Part shown: positions 32,374-41,639 of the stretch, one piece after another | How the letters are laid out: each line of letters starts with the position of its first letter | Numbering within the stretch: position 1 is the stretch's first letter | DNA from: Candidatus Latescibacterota bacterium | GTDB taxonomy: Bacteria; Latescibacterota; UBA2968; UBA8231 | DNA length: 64,000 bases | Reading direction: 5' to 3' | Assembly: GCA_965243025.1 (NCBI GenBank) | Contig: CBDETY010000003.1 | Coordinates: 992,001 to 1,056,000, forward strand | Notes under the pieces: generated by a model | What the model was told of the DNA's origin: nothing | Databases searched by the model: none | The model's input: the letters and a program-made list of their open reading frames with translations, nothing else | Program-made: the position numbers and the translations under genes

Positions 32374-32408
32374 AAAAAAGCCCCCGGACCTTGGAAGAGT
32401 CGGGGGGA
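32374..32408 (-). terminator. Rho-independent terminator downstream of the transposase
   Basis: On the minus strand a CCCCCGAC...GTCCGGGGG stem is followed by CTTTTTT. Confidence 0.55.
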
Positions 32409-32430
32409 GCAGCGAAGGGCCTGGCTATTT

Positions 32431-33423
32431 CTATTTGATCAGATCCCGGTACAACAGCCGTTTCCCTACCATCCGGGCCACGAGGTCTTCCATCTGCTCG
32501 AGGGTGTCCTTGTCGCGGATGTTGTGCCTTCCGACGAACTCGTCTACGTATCGCTGCAGGTGCTTGGGGGACATTTTGTGATAGGTCCCCTTGTAGGCTC
32601 GCTTGATCATGGACCAGAAGCTTTCGATGCCGTTGGTGTGGGACCCGTCGGTAGAGAACTGGCCTTTCGAGTGGATGACGAACTCGGATTTCCCCGGCCA
32701 CTTGAAATCCTTCAAGGCGCTCGCTCCGTCGCTGTACAGAGTGCCGTTTCTTCTCAGGTGCTTCCGGGCAAACCCTCTCAGAATGTCGGCCGTCTCTCCA
32801 GGAACCACGCTGGCTGCGACCTTGCCGGTTTTTCGGTCCTTCATGCCGACGACGATGGTTTTTCCCTCCATCCATCGTTCCCGCAGTCTCTTGTCGGCGT
32901 GCTTGTTGGCCTCCTTTCCGCCAAAATAGGCCTGGTCGATCTCGCCTCTCCTGCTTGAGAGCTTCTCCTGATCAGACCATGCCTCCCTGATGCGGTGTGC
33001 CATGAACCAGGCCGTTTTCTGCGTGACCTTGAGATCCCGGTGCAGCTTCATGCTGCTTACCCCCTTCAGACTGGACAGGTGCAGGTAGATGGCGATGACC
33101 CATTTCTGCAGGGGCACCTTGGAGTGGGACAGCACCGTTCCGGTGCGGACGCTGAAGTGGTTTCGACAGTCGCCGCACCAGTAGGGCCTGGGATGGCGGT
33201 TGAGGCATTCGGTTATCCTGCCGTAACATCCGCAGTGGGGGCAGTGGATGTGCTTACTCCACCGGGTTTCTTCAAACCACTTCTCCGCCGCCGCGTCGTC
33301 GGGGAATTTCCGGAACAGCTCGACCAGCGATACGCCTTTCCGGTCGTTCCTTCCCGGGCCTTCCGGGAGAAAACCTCTGCCGGCCTTGGACCAGCGGCCC
33401 AGGAATCGTTTCAGAATCTGCAT
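32431..33423 (-). CDS. IS1595-family DDE transposase
   Basis: Zn ribbon CPHC..CGDC, FSVRTGT, GVSSMKLHRDL..TQKTAWFM.HRIREA, EIDQAY, YSDG, HTNGIESFW, HLQRYVDEF. Confidence 0.92.
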   Translation of the reverse strand: MQILKRFLGRWSKAGRGFLPEGPGRNDRKGVSLVELFRKFPDDAAAEKWFEETRWSKHIHCPHCGCYGRITECLNRHPRPYWCGDCRNHFSVRTGTVLSHSKVPLQKWVIAIYLHLSSLKGVSSMKLHRDLKVTQKTAWFMAHRIREAWSDQEKLSSRRGEIDQAYFGGKEANKHADKRLRERWMEGKTIVVGMKDRKTGKVAASVVPGETADILRGFARKHLRRNGTLYSDGASALKDFKWPGKSEFVIHSKGQFSTDGSHTNGIESFWSMIKRAYKGTYHKMSPKHLQRYVDEFVGRHNIRDKDTLEQMEDLVARMVGKRLLYRDLIK

Positions 33424-33472
33424 GTTTTCCTTTTCTGGTGAGAATGAGAATGGGGGGAGCGGGTGTCCTCCC

Positions 33473-33925
33473 CTATACGATCCCGAGTTCCTTCATGGAC
33501 ACGCTTTCGCCAGGAGGAGCGACGACGACATGATCGAGTACCTGGATTCCCATCAGGCCGCCGGCCTCGGCAAGACGGTGGGTGAGATCGATGTCCTCCT
33601 TGGAGGGCGCCGGATCTCCGGAGGGGTGGTTGTGCGCCAGAATGATGCTGGTGGCTCCCTTCAGGATCGCTGCCTTGAACACCTCTCGCGGATGGACGAG
33701 GGACGCGTTCTGGCTGCCGATGGAGGTCGTCTCATGTGCGACTACGCGATTGCGCGTGTCGAGGTGGAGGACGACGAACACCTCCCGGTCGGCTGAGGCA
33801 ATGTCGAGGGTATCCAGGTAGGCGAGCACCTCGTCGGGACTGGACAGCGGCTCTGAGCATACGTCCTGCCAGATCTGCCGCACCTTGCGTTCTACGACTT
33901 CGAGTTTCATGGGGGTCCTTTCCAT
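33473..33925 (-). CDS. radC: RadC-like JAB-domain protein (stand-alone, mobile-element type)
   Basis: REVF..LDTRN, VHPREVFK.A, ILAHNHPSGDP.PS.ED, LDHVVV. Confidence 0.9.
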   Translation of the reverse strand: MERTPMKLEVVERKVRQIWQDVCSEPLSSPDEVLAYLDTLDIASADREVFVVLHLDTRNRVVAHETTSIGSQNASLVHPREVFKAAILKGATSIILAHNHPSGDPAPSKEDIDLTHRLAEAGGLMGIQVLDHVVVAPPGESVSMKELGIV

Positions 33926-33960
33926 TATAAAAGGCTACCCTGAGTGCTTGAGGGGGGTGT

Positions 33961-34440
33961 GTGGCGCTTCTACAGCCGTCTGAAGAACTCGCTGCGGTGG
34001 TCGGCGACGAGCCGGTGTCGCGGGCTCAGGTCGTCGAAGAACTGTGGGGCTACATCCGGGAGAACGGTTTACAGGACGCGAGGAACCCGCGAAGGATCAA
34101 AGCCGACGAAAACCTCGGGAGGATCTTCGGCGGCCAGGATCAAATGACCCTGTTGGAGTTGACCAGGGGGGTCAACAGACACCTGTTCGCCTGCTCCGAA
34201 GGGCAAGGGGTAACGGACGAGGAGCTTGGGAGGGCGTTCGAGGAAAAGGTGCTGGCGGGGTCCTACGAGACGCTGGGATGTTCGACGAGGAATTGAAGCG
34301 GAAATTCAGGGACCTATGCCAGGAATATCACCCTGACAGACTGGCCGGCGAGATTCCCGCAGGAATCCTCAAGCTGGGGATGGAAAGGTTTCAGGAGATT
34401 CTCAAGCGCCTACGAGGTTGTGGTGACATCCCGGTGCTAA
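33961..34440 (+). pseudogene. SWIB/MDM2 domain fused (across a frameshift) to a DnaJ J-domain
   Basis: LQPSEELAAVVG..VSRAQVVEELWGYIRENGLQD..N.R.I.ADE.L (SWIB), then SYETLGC|DEELKRKFRDLCQEYHPDRL..ERFQEI (J-domain with HPD); frame change near 34282. Confidence 0.75.
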
Positions 34441-34597
34441 TCCCCGTCAGCCCGTACCCATCCCTCGACCCTCTGGGATAGGGTCTTTATTTCGGACAGA
34501 CGGAACACGAGCTCGCGAACTCCCCTCCGTGCTTCTGGCGGTGGGGAGTTGCTTCGGGAAGGGTTTCGAACCGGTCAACTTTCTTGTCTTTTCCCAC

Positions 34598-34615
34598 TGT
34601 CGGTGGGCACCGACA
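34598..34615. promoter_or_regulatory. 18-bp palindrome, copy 1
   Basis: TGTCGGTG-GG-CACCGACA. Confidence 0.55.
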
Positions 34616-34753
34616 ATTCATTCTGTGATGGGGTTGCTCTTGTCGATGGGTGCATGGAGCCAGGCGGCTGAAAGCTGATCCGGATGTGGGTTTTGTGAAC
34701 GGTTGCAAAGGCGGACGCCCCGGCACCGGAGAGCAGTGCCGAGGCGCCGTCAA

Positions 34754-34990
34754 CTACGCGGGACGGATATGGTTCTTTGTGCATCGGGTAAGCTCGTATG
34801 CGGACACTTTGTTCCGGTCCCCGACTATGGCCCGGAGAGCTTCGTCCGTCTCGATGTACGGCGGCGGTCCTTCAAGGCCGTGCTCGACGATGTAGTCCCG
34901 TACCCGCTCCATGATCTTCACCCAGGACAGCGGAGTGCTGCCGACGATCCGGGCCAATTCGGGGGACGGTTTGTGGATCTCGGATGGCAT
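34754..34990 (-). CDS. Second SWIB/MDM2-domain protein
   Basis: PSPELARIVG..PLS...IM..V.DYI.EHGL....I.TDE.L..IVG....V..YEL....NHI. Confidence 0.75.
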   Translation of the reverse strand: MPSEIHKPSPELARIVGSTPLSWVKIMERVRDYIVEHGLEGPPPYIETDEALRAIVGDRNKVSAYELTRCTKNHIRPA

Positions 34991-35264
34991 GGCTATCCCT
35001 TCTTCAGTTCCATCCTGGCTATTTCGTCCCATGCCGCTTTCAGGTACTCATCGAGGGTGCCCTCCGATTCTGCGAAGACTTCCAGCAATGCAAGGACCAG
35101 ACAGACCGCCTGGACTCCCGTCATGGGCACAGCGATTTGAGCGCCCATCTTTCGTGACGAGAGAAACGTCCGCCATCAGGTGGATCTTCTCGAAAGAGAT
35201 GTCCTGGTACGCCGCGACGATCTTTTCTCGGGTTTCGGTTTTTCATGGGTCTGTTCCTTTCGGG

Positions 35265-35795
35265 ATGACAGGGCGCCTGGCCCTGGTCCTATGGGTTGTT
35301 CTCCTATCTCCGCTTCTCTCCGAGACCTGGATGGGCCTCGAAGTCGAGCCGGAAAACCGGTGTTCCCCCTACAACCGGGATCGGGACTACCGGTATTCTC
35401 AATCTCTGGAGCCGGTCATAGCCGCCCGGATGGGAGGCATCCGATGCCGGTACACCGGCAGGACCTACCGAAGCCTCCGGCAGACCGACATCGAGCACGT
35501 GGTCGCTGTGAGCGAGGCGCATGACTCCGGCCTGTGCGTAGCGGATGCGGCCACCAAGCGCCGATTCGCCAACGACCTGCTCAACCTCACGCTGTCGGAC
35601 CCGGCGGTGAACCGCTACCAGAAGAGGGGGAAGGATGCGGGAGAGTGGATGCCTCGGATCGACCCCCGAGGGTTTGCGGAGATCGTCATCAAGGTGAAGC
35701 GGAAGTACGGCCTGAGCATTGACCGGAGGGAGCGGAAGGCCCTTGAGATGGGCCCTGGCCGGCGACACCCTCACTGTCCTGACCGATTCCCTGGG
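35265..35795 (+). pseudogene. Secreted HNH (DUF1524/GmrSD-C-like) nuclease, C-terminally interrupted
   Basis: Signal peptide; TDIEHVVA.SEAHDSG..FANDLLNL..VNR.QK.GKDAGEWMP..VK.KYGLS; the Excalibur tail occurs only at 41730-41903. Confidence 0.75.
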
Positions 35796-36598
35796 GGGTC
35801 CTCGTCGGCGGGCGGGGTCTTCGCGGCGTAGTGGGCGACCGTGCGGGCCGCGTGCAGGGCGTGGTTTCCCCGGTGTCGCTGCCACACCCCGGCCGAGCGC
35901 GCCCACCGGAACCCGTTCGACTTCAACAGGCTGCGGATGTCCGCCGAGGGTTTCCCCGGGAATTCGAGCTGCACCCGGTTCTCCTCGACGTTGTCGATGA
36001 TCTTCACGTCCCCGATGGTTTCGGTCGTGGTGTCGTCGGCGGCCTGTTTTTCCAGCCGGGCCACCCGTTGTTTCAGGCGCCGGATCTTGGCCGACAGGTT
36101 GGCGATGCGCCACCTGGGAAACCCCGTCGCCCCGAATTCGTCGGGCGTCTTCAGGTTGCGAATGCTGTCCTCGGAGTAGCCCAGTTCGAGGAGGCGGATG
36201 TCGCCGGCGACCTGGTCTTTCATGCGCAGCGCTCGATTCGCCGCTTTCATGTTGTCCCGCTGGCGTTGCGACTCTTCGATCTGTTGGTGCAGCTTGACCA
36301 CGGCGTCGGGGTCGTCCGAGGAAATCCCGGCCCGCCCCACCCCATCGGCCCGGGCGCGCAACTCCCGCGAGTACTCCAGAGCCTCGAACGCGCGCCGGAA
36401 CGTGTTGGTGATCTTCGCCCGGTAGTTCCGGTCGCGCTGTTCGGAGTGATGCCCCACGAGGATGGGCTGCCCGAAGGGGATGGCGGACGCCATGTCCCTG
36501 GCGCGTGCGTGCAGCTGTTCGAACTCCCGTTCTTTCTTCTCGGCGCGGGCAAGGTAGCGCTCGCGGCGCCGTTCCTGTTTCGCTTCGTGTACGTTCAT
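35771..36598 (-). CDS. DUF3560-domain protein
   Basis: IPFGQPILVGHHSE.RDRNYR, ISSDDPDA, N...NRVQL.FPGKP...R..LKSNGFRWA..WQR; ATG 36598 preceded by GAGGGGGAG. Confidence 0.85.
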   Translation of the reverse strand: MNVHEAKQERRRERYLARAEKKEREFEQLHARARDMASAIPFGQPILVGHHSEQRDRNYRAKITNTFRRAFEALEYSRELRARADGVGRAGISSDDPDAVVKLHQQIEESQRQRDNMKAANRALRMKDQVAGDIRLLELGYSEDSIRNLKTPDEFGATGFPRWRIANLSAKIRRLKQRVARLEKQAADDTTTETIGDVKIIDNVEENRVQLEFPGKPSADIRSLLKSNGFRWARSAGVWQRHRGNHALHAARTVAHYAAKTPPADEDPPGNRSGQ

Positions 36599-36987
36599 TC
36601 TCCCCCCTCGGGCGCTCCGTCGCTGCCCAGGATGTAGACGGCGTCCTCGTCGGCGGTCACGTCGCTCATCGTCGAGAACGCCGCCGTGGGAGTACCCGGG
36701 TTCCGGCATGATGCGGACCACGCGGTCCCCGGGCATCCCTTCGAGTTTTTCGATCAGGTCGGCTACGATCCTGTTCTCCCCTCGGTTTGGAGTGTGCGGT
36801 GACGGCGCCGGCGTCAGCGGGTGCCGTGCAGGCCGCAGGATTTCGCAGCGGGCGGGGTCCTTTCCGCGCTTCCGCGAGCGGTTCGGTGAGCTTGGAGATT
36901 TCCACCTCCTTTTCTGCGGCCACCGATTCCCATTCCAGAACGGCAACCGAGAGGGCCTGAAGCGCTTCGTCCATCGTCAGCGGCGAT

Positions 36988-37467
36988 TCAGTCGACCAGG
37001 ATTCCCATGATCACCCCGACGACTTCCCCCTTGTGGTGGACCGATACCCGGGGGCGCCATGTATCGGACGAGGCGAAGAACCGAGCGCCCTTGAACCGGC
37101 GCAGGGCGTACCCGATGTACCGCCCGTTGACATGCACCCGCACCTTGCGGTCCTCGCTTTCGAGGACGTCGATGGGGTCGGGCCGGCCGTAGGTGTGCCC
37201 CTCGGCGGTCCGGACCGGTTTGACGGGGGTATCGGTCCCTTCGACCGATTGCGCGAACACGGCCGGCGCGCTCTCGTACGGCTCTTTCAACCACTGGCCG
37301 GCGCGTTCCAGGTTGCGCCGGTAGCCTTTGGGGCACTCGCCCCGAAACATGGCCCGCCCGTCTGTCCACATCCCCTCGAACTCGAACCCGTTACCCGAGG
37401 AAACGCGCAACGGCAGGTGAGACCGCACCCAGGGCCGCAGGTTCTTCAGGGTCATTCTGTCTCTCAT
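36988..37467 (-). CDS. Hypothetical protein with a sliding-clamp-like C-terminus
   Basis: WTDG..MF near the N-terminus and VNGRYI.YAL...VVGVIMGI, reminiscent of beta-clamp ATDG and FN.RYL.DAL...IMP motifs. Confidence 0.55.
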   Translation of the reverse strand: MRDRMTLKNLRPWVRSHLPLRVSSGNGFEFEGMWTDGRAMFRGECPKGYRRNLERAGQWLKEPYESAPAVFAQSVEGTDTPVKPVRTAEGHTYGRPDPIDVLESEDRKVRVHVNGRYIGYALRRFKGARFFASSDTWRPRVSVHHKGEVVGVIMGILVD

Positions 37468-37507
37468 TGGGTTCCCCCTTGGATAGGTCGGGCGGAAGTG
37501 CCCGGGG

Positions 37508-38110
37508 TTACTGATTCTCCGAATGCATGCGGTACCACACGTCTACCGGGTACAACTCGACGTGGACGGAAAACGCCTCGACGGGGTCCTCCTCGTCGAA
37601 ACGGCAGATGAAATCGCGGGCCACCTGGGGGAGGTCGCCCTTGAATTCGATGTCGTCGCCGTTCACGTCGAACACGGACAGTTCCGTATAGGCTTCGCAT
37701 CCCCGGCCTGTGGCGCGGATGCCGGCCAGCGCTACGGGGCATTCCCCGCACTTGTGCGGGACCCCGTGCGCGATGTCGTCGGCCGTCACTTCGAGTTTCA
37801 GGCGCAGCACGGGGTCGGGCTTGCCGGTCTCGATGCCGAAAGGGTCGTCCCCGGGGACGCAGCCCACCCCCGGCGCGGCGGGCGTGTAGCCTGGACCGAT
37901 CAGGCCGCCCAACCGGTTGCGGTCGAAATCGGGGGTAAACCGGCGCAGGCTGGCCCGGAGGAACGTCCCGTGGCAGTCCAGGCAATAGGCCGTGTCGGCG
38001 GGGTGAACCCCCTCCAACCGCAGGAACTCGGGGGTACAACGCGCCGCTTGCCAGTGCACGGCGCACCGCTTCAGATACCCCCTGTTGATTTCGTGGGAAG
38101 GGTCGTACAT
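37508..38110 (-). CDS. Hypothetical phage-like protein (Cys-containing)
   Basis: GGAGGAGG RBS; 200-aa ORF with CLDC and VT.DDI..G...C..CPVALA. Confidence 0.55.
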   Translation of the reverse strand: MYDPSHEINRGYLKRCAVHWQAARCTPEFLRLEGVHPADTAYCLDCHGTFLRASLRRFTPDFDRNRLGGLIGPGYTPAAPGVGCVPGDDPFGIETGKPDPVLRLKLEVTADDIAHGVPHKCGECPVALAGIRATGRGCEAYTELSVFDVNGDDIEFKGDLPQVARDFICRFDEEDPVEAFSVHVELYPVDVWYRMHSENQ

Positions 38111-38395
38111 GGCGCCTCCTCCAGGTGATCGCGGAGCGATTCGCCCGCCGTTATCCGCTCAGTGCAGGTACTGGCGGAACGGGCGCCGCACGTCGGCGCC
38201 GGTGCCGGGCTGAGTGAAAACAGGGTGAAGGTCCTCCCGGTAGACGAATCGCCGGGTTTGCGATGGCGGTTTTCATGACGTAGACCAACCCCGCCAACGT
38301 CGCGCGCGTTGCGCCGCCGTGGAGGACGACGTTGAGGAGCCGGCGATGAGGGCAGCCGGCGAAGATTCTGAGACCGTGGGTTAGTTCCCCTCGCC

Positions 38396-38698
38396 TTATT
38401 CCCCGTCCGTTCGGATGGCGCCCTCGGGGGGCCGCAAGGTGTACCGGGTACCGGCCGGGGTGGTAATCGGCCGGGGGGTGACGACGTCGACCTCGGACAG
38501 GCGGAAGGTGAGGACCCGCACTTCCCCGCCGTGTTCGCGCCAGTGGCGCACGGCGGCCCCTGAGTCCTCGAAGCGGTGCACCTTCCCCCCTTCGATCACG
38601 GCATACCGCCGAAGGATCCACCGGGGCAGGTCGACCTCCTCGGGGATCTCGCGGCGGGTTTCGGTGCCTTTGCCGGGCACGATTCTTTCCGATGGCAT
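38396..38698 (-). CDS. Hypothetical protein
   Basis: AGGAG RBS; 100-aa ORF co-oriented in the minus-strand operon. Confidence 0.5.
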   Translation of the reverse strand: MPSERIVPGKGTETRREIPEEVDLPRWILRRYAVIEGGKVHRFEDSGAAVRHWREHGGEVRVLTFRLSEVDVVTPRPITTPAGTRYTLRPPEGAIRTDGE

Positions 38699-38713
38699 CC
38701 CGTTCTCCTGGGT

Positions 38714-39112
38714 TCAGGCGGGGCGCGTGCGCGCGCGCCGCTTCGGTTTGGGCTTTGCGGCTTTCGCCGCTTCGATGGAATCCTTGAGCCGGTCCAGTAT
38801 GTCGGTTCGTGTTTCCGTCGACCGGCGCCCCCTCGACAGCCGGGGCCGCTGTGGCGATCCGCTCATGCAAAGCGGCGGTCCTCGTGTCGGTCGGGCTGAG
38901 ATCGGCGAAGGGCGCCGACAGGGCGCGCACAAGCTGTTTCAGCCGGTAGAATTTCAAGCTCTGCCCTTTGCTGGCGAGGAGGACGGGCTTTCGCGGTCGC
39001 GGAAAATGAGCTTGCCGATACCCACCTTTCCGACCTCGGCGAGGACCTGAGCGACCAGGCTATACGCCGCGCCCGCTGCGGCCCCCTCGGGGGCGATCAG
39101 GTACGGCGTCCA
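38714..39112 (-). pseudogene. ku: Ku (NHEJ DNA end-binding) remnant
   Basis: Manual translation over two frameshifts: PYLIAPEG...AYSLVAQVLAEVGKVGIGKLIFRDRE|KPVLL...L..L|TDILDRLKDSIEAAKAAKPKPKRRAR*. Confidence 0.7.
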
Positions 39113-39298
39113 CGAAGATCCGGAAGGGCGAGGCTACCAATTTTTCGACAGGACTTGGTAAGGCCGTGCACGCACTCGATGCAGACATCGAACTTCCTCC
39201 CCTCGGCCATCATGCTTGCCCGTTCCGACCTTGAGTTCTCCGCGCAAATCGTCTTCCGATACGGCCCCGTTGCAGATGTCACAGATGGTGGTTCCCAT
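39097..39298 (-). pseudogene. Small CxxC...CxxC zinc-finger protein, frameshifted
   Basis: MGTTICDICNG...|..FDVCIECV; AGGAG RBS sits at the intron junction. Confidence 0.5.
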
Positions 39299-39313
39299 GT
39301 TTTTCGTTCTCCT

Positions 39314-41240
39314 GTGCGCCGGTCAAAACCGGCGAGGTGTAAGGGGTGAGAGTCCTTCGTGTCGAAGGTGTAGCGAACCACGACAGCCCCGAGTCATGCG
39401 TGTGCGCCGGTAACGGCGCAGGCGAAGCGTTGGCAGGGGGAGGCGTAGGTCCGGTATTGAGCCGCGAAATGAATGAACCCCTCCCAGGTGCCGACCCGCT
39501 TGGAGACGAGGGAAGGCCACACCGGTGGGCGCGATATCGCCAGTGCCTATCGGACCCGGCGCGGTCAGAGACCCGGTGCATGCGCCCAGGCACCTCGTAC
39601 GGGAACCGGGAGGTCCGGCGGTTTGCCCGGGGGGATGGTCCCCGGGTCCGCATCGGGAACCCATTTGGGATACGCCGATGACGCACGACCGCCGGAAGTC
39701 GGACAGCCCCATACAACCGAGGAACCCCGCGAACAAGGGCGGTCGGACCGCTGCGCCGCCGGCGGAGCGGGAGGAGGAAAGGGGGCTGGCCAAGGGGAAC
39801 GCGTGCGAGCACCCCAGGTCCCGGGCGCAGATCCGGACCGGCCTGCACCAGGCGCTCGAGCGCGTACGGCAAGCAGCGGTTCGAGACAGGGCGTTGCCGT
39901 TCACTACGCTGTGGCACCACGTCTACGACGTCGACCGTCTCCGGGAGGCCTACCTCGGCCTCAAGCGGCAGGCCGCACCGGGGGTCGATCGCATGACGTG
40001 GAGCGAGTACGGGCAGGGGTTGGAAGCACGTCTTCAGGACCTGTCGGCCCGGCTCAAGCGCGGCGCGTATCGAGCCAAACCGGTCAAACGGACCTACATC
40101 CCGAAAGCAGACGGAGGCAGAAGGCCGCTGGGCCTTGCGGCGCTGGAGGACAAGCTCGTCCAGAAGGCGACCGTGGAGGTGCTCAACGCGGTCTACGAAG
40201 TCGATTTTCTGGGATTCTCGTATGGGTTCCGACCGGGGCGCAACCCGCATGGGGCGCTGGATGCGTTGGCGGTGGGAATTCGACACCGCAAAGTGAACTG
40301 GGTACTCGACGCGGACATCCGTGGGTTTTTCGATACCATCGACCACGAATGGCTGATGAGGTTCGTCGAGCACCGTGTGCGGGACCGACGCGTGGGGCGC
40401 CACCTCAGCAAGTGGCTCAACGCGGGGGTCCTGGAAGAGGGCAGGCGTATCGATGTGGAGGCAGGGACGCCGCAAGGGGCCAGCATATCGCCCCTGCTGG
40501 CCAACATCTACCTGCACTACGTCTTTGACCTGTGGGCGCAACGATGGCGCAAGCGACGCGCGCAAGGGGAGGTACTCCTGGTGCGCTACGCGGACGACAT
40601 TGTGGCCTGTTTTCAGCACCGAGCCGACGCCGAGGCATTCGGCGCCGACCTGGCCGCGCGGCTGGCGAGGTTTTCCCTGCAGCTGCACCCGGACAAGACG
40701 CGACTGATCGAGTTCGGGCGCTTTGCCGTGGAGAACCGACGCCGACGCGGCAAAGGGAAACCCGAAACGTTCGATTTTCTCGGGTTTACCCACAGCTGCG
40801 ACAAGACGCGTCAGGGCAAATTCATCGTCCTGAGACAGACGGCCAAGGAGCGGATGCGGCGAAAGCTCAAAGAGGTCAAGGGAATCCTCAAACGGCGGAT
40901 GCATGACCCCGTACCTGAAGTGGCTTGCTATCTCCGCCGGGTGATAACCGGGCACCTGAACTATTACGGCGTGCCCCGGAATGGCCCGGCGCTGTGCGCG
41001 TTCATCAGGGGCATCGCCACCCACTGGTGGCGTACTCTGAAGCGACGGAGCCACAAAACCAGGGTCACGTGGAGACGCATGAAGGATCTCTGGTACCAAC
41101 TGCTGCCTCCTCCGCGCATCACTCACCCCTATCCCGGACAGCGTTTTGCCGTCATGACCCGAGGCAGGAGCCCAGTGCGGTAACACCGCTCGCTGGGATC
41201 TGTGGAGGGGGTGGTCAGCAATGGTCATTCCTACTCCGAC
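39314..41240 (+). mobile_element. Group II intron (probably bacterial class E, no endonuclease domain)
   Basis: 5' GTGCG at 39314; domain V GAGCCCAGTGCGGTAACACCGCTCGCTGGGATCTG; domain VI ending CCTACTCCGAC at 41240; the flanks rejoin into an open frame. Confidence 0.9.
39678..41183 (+). CDS. ltrA: Group II intron reverse transcriptase/maturase
   Basis: AAPGVD, YIPK.DG..RPLG, SYGFRPGR, DADIRGFFD, GTPQG..ISPLLANIYLH, RYADD, FDFLGF, domain X G.LNYY. Confidence 0.93.
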   Translation: MTHDRRKSDSPIQPRNPANKGGRTAAPPAEREEERGLAKGNACEHPRSRAQIRTGLHQALERVRQAAVRDRALPFTTLWHHVYDVDRLREAYLGLKRQAAPGVDRMTWSEYGQGLEARLQDLSARLKRGAYRAKPVKRTYIPKADGGRRPLGLAALEDKLVQKATVEVLNAVYEVDFLGFSYGFRPGRNPHGALDALAVGIRHRKVNWVLDADIRGFFDTIDHEWLMRFVEHRVRDRRVGRHLSKWLNAGVLEEGRRIDVEAGTPQGASISPLLANIYLHYVFDLWAQRWRKRRAQGEVLLVRYADDIVACFQHRADAEAFGADLAARLARFSLQLHPDKTRLIEFGRFAVENRRRRGKGKPETFDFLGFTHSCDKTRQGKFIVLRQTAKERMRRKLKEVKGILKRRMHDPVPEVACYLRRVITGHLNYYGVPRNGPALCAFIRGIATHWWRTLKRRSHKTRVTWRRMKDLWYQLLPPPRITHPYPGQRFAVMTRGRSPVR

Positions 41241-41460
41241 TTCTCGGTGGATTGAATGCCTTGTAGGACAGGATCAAGCCCCGTTCCTGGTGGTGGATGA
41301 TGGCTCCCATGAGACGGAGATACCTCTCCGGCATCGTTCGCTTTCCCTTCTCCCACAGGCACACTTCGGCCTCGCTGACACCCAGGGCGAGGCCCAGCTC
41401 CCATTGCTTCATTCCCAGGGCGTCTCTGGCCCTTTTCAGCTGATCTTGTTTCATCTTCAC
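41241..41460 (-). CDS. XRE-family HTH regulator; its 3' end is interrupted by the intron
   Basis: LKRARDALGMKQWELGLALGVS...V..WEKG; AAGGAG RBS; without the intron the frame continues PPRKENEKHGNHHL* to 39279. Confidence 0.75.
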
Positions 41461-41482
41461 TCTCCTTATTTCATAGGTGGAT

Positions 41483-41500
41483 TGTCGGTGGACACCGACA
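41483..41500. promoter_or_regulatory. 18-bp palindrome, copy 2, upstream of the XRE gene
   Basis: TGTCGGTG-GA-CACCGACA. Confidence 0.55.
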
Positions 41501-41639
41501 GAAGGGCGCAGAACGGCCCTGTGCCGGCCTTGAAACGGGAGCCGGGAGCAGGGCGTTGACAGGGTTTTTCGGGTTCGGTGAGGAATCCCGTGGGGGAATT
41601 CAGCGAGTCGGGAGCGGCAACTGCGTCTGCTTCACTTCA

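Noticed and set aside
39525-41183. RT as a DGR, retron or CRISPR-associated RT
   Set aside because: It has group II intron ends, domains V/VI, the YADD motif and domain X; I saw no TR/VR pair with adenine-specific differences, no avd, no msr/msd and no cas1
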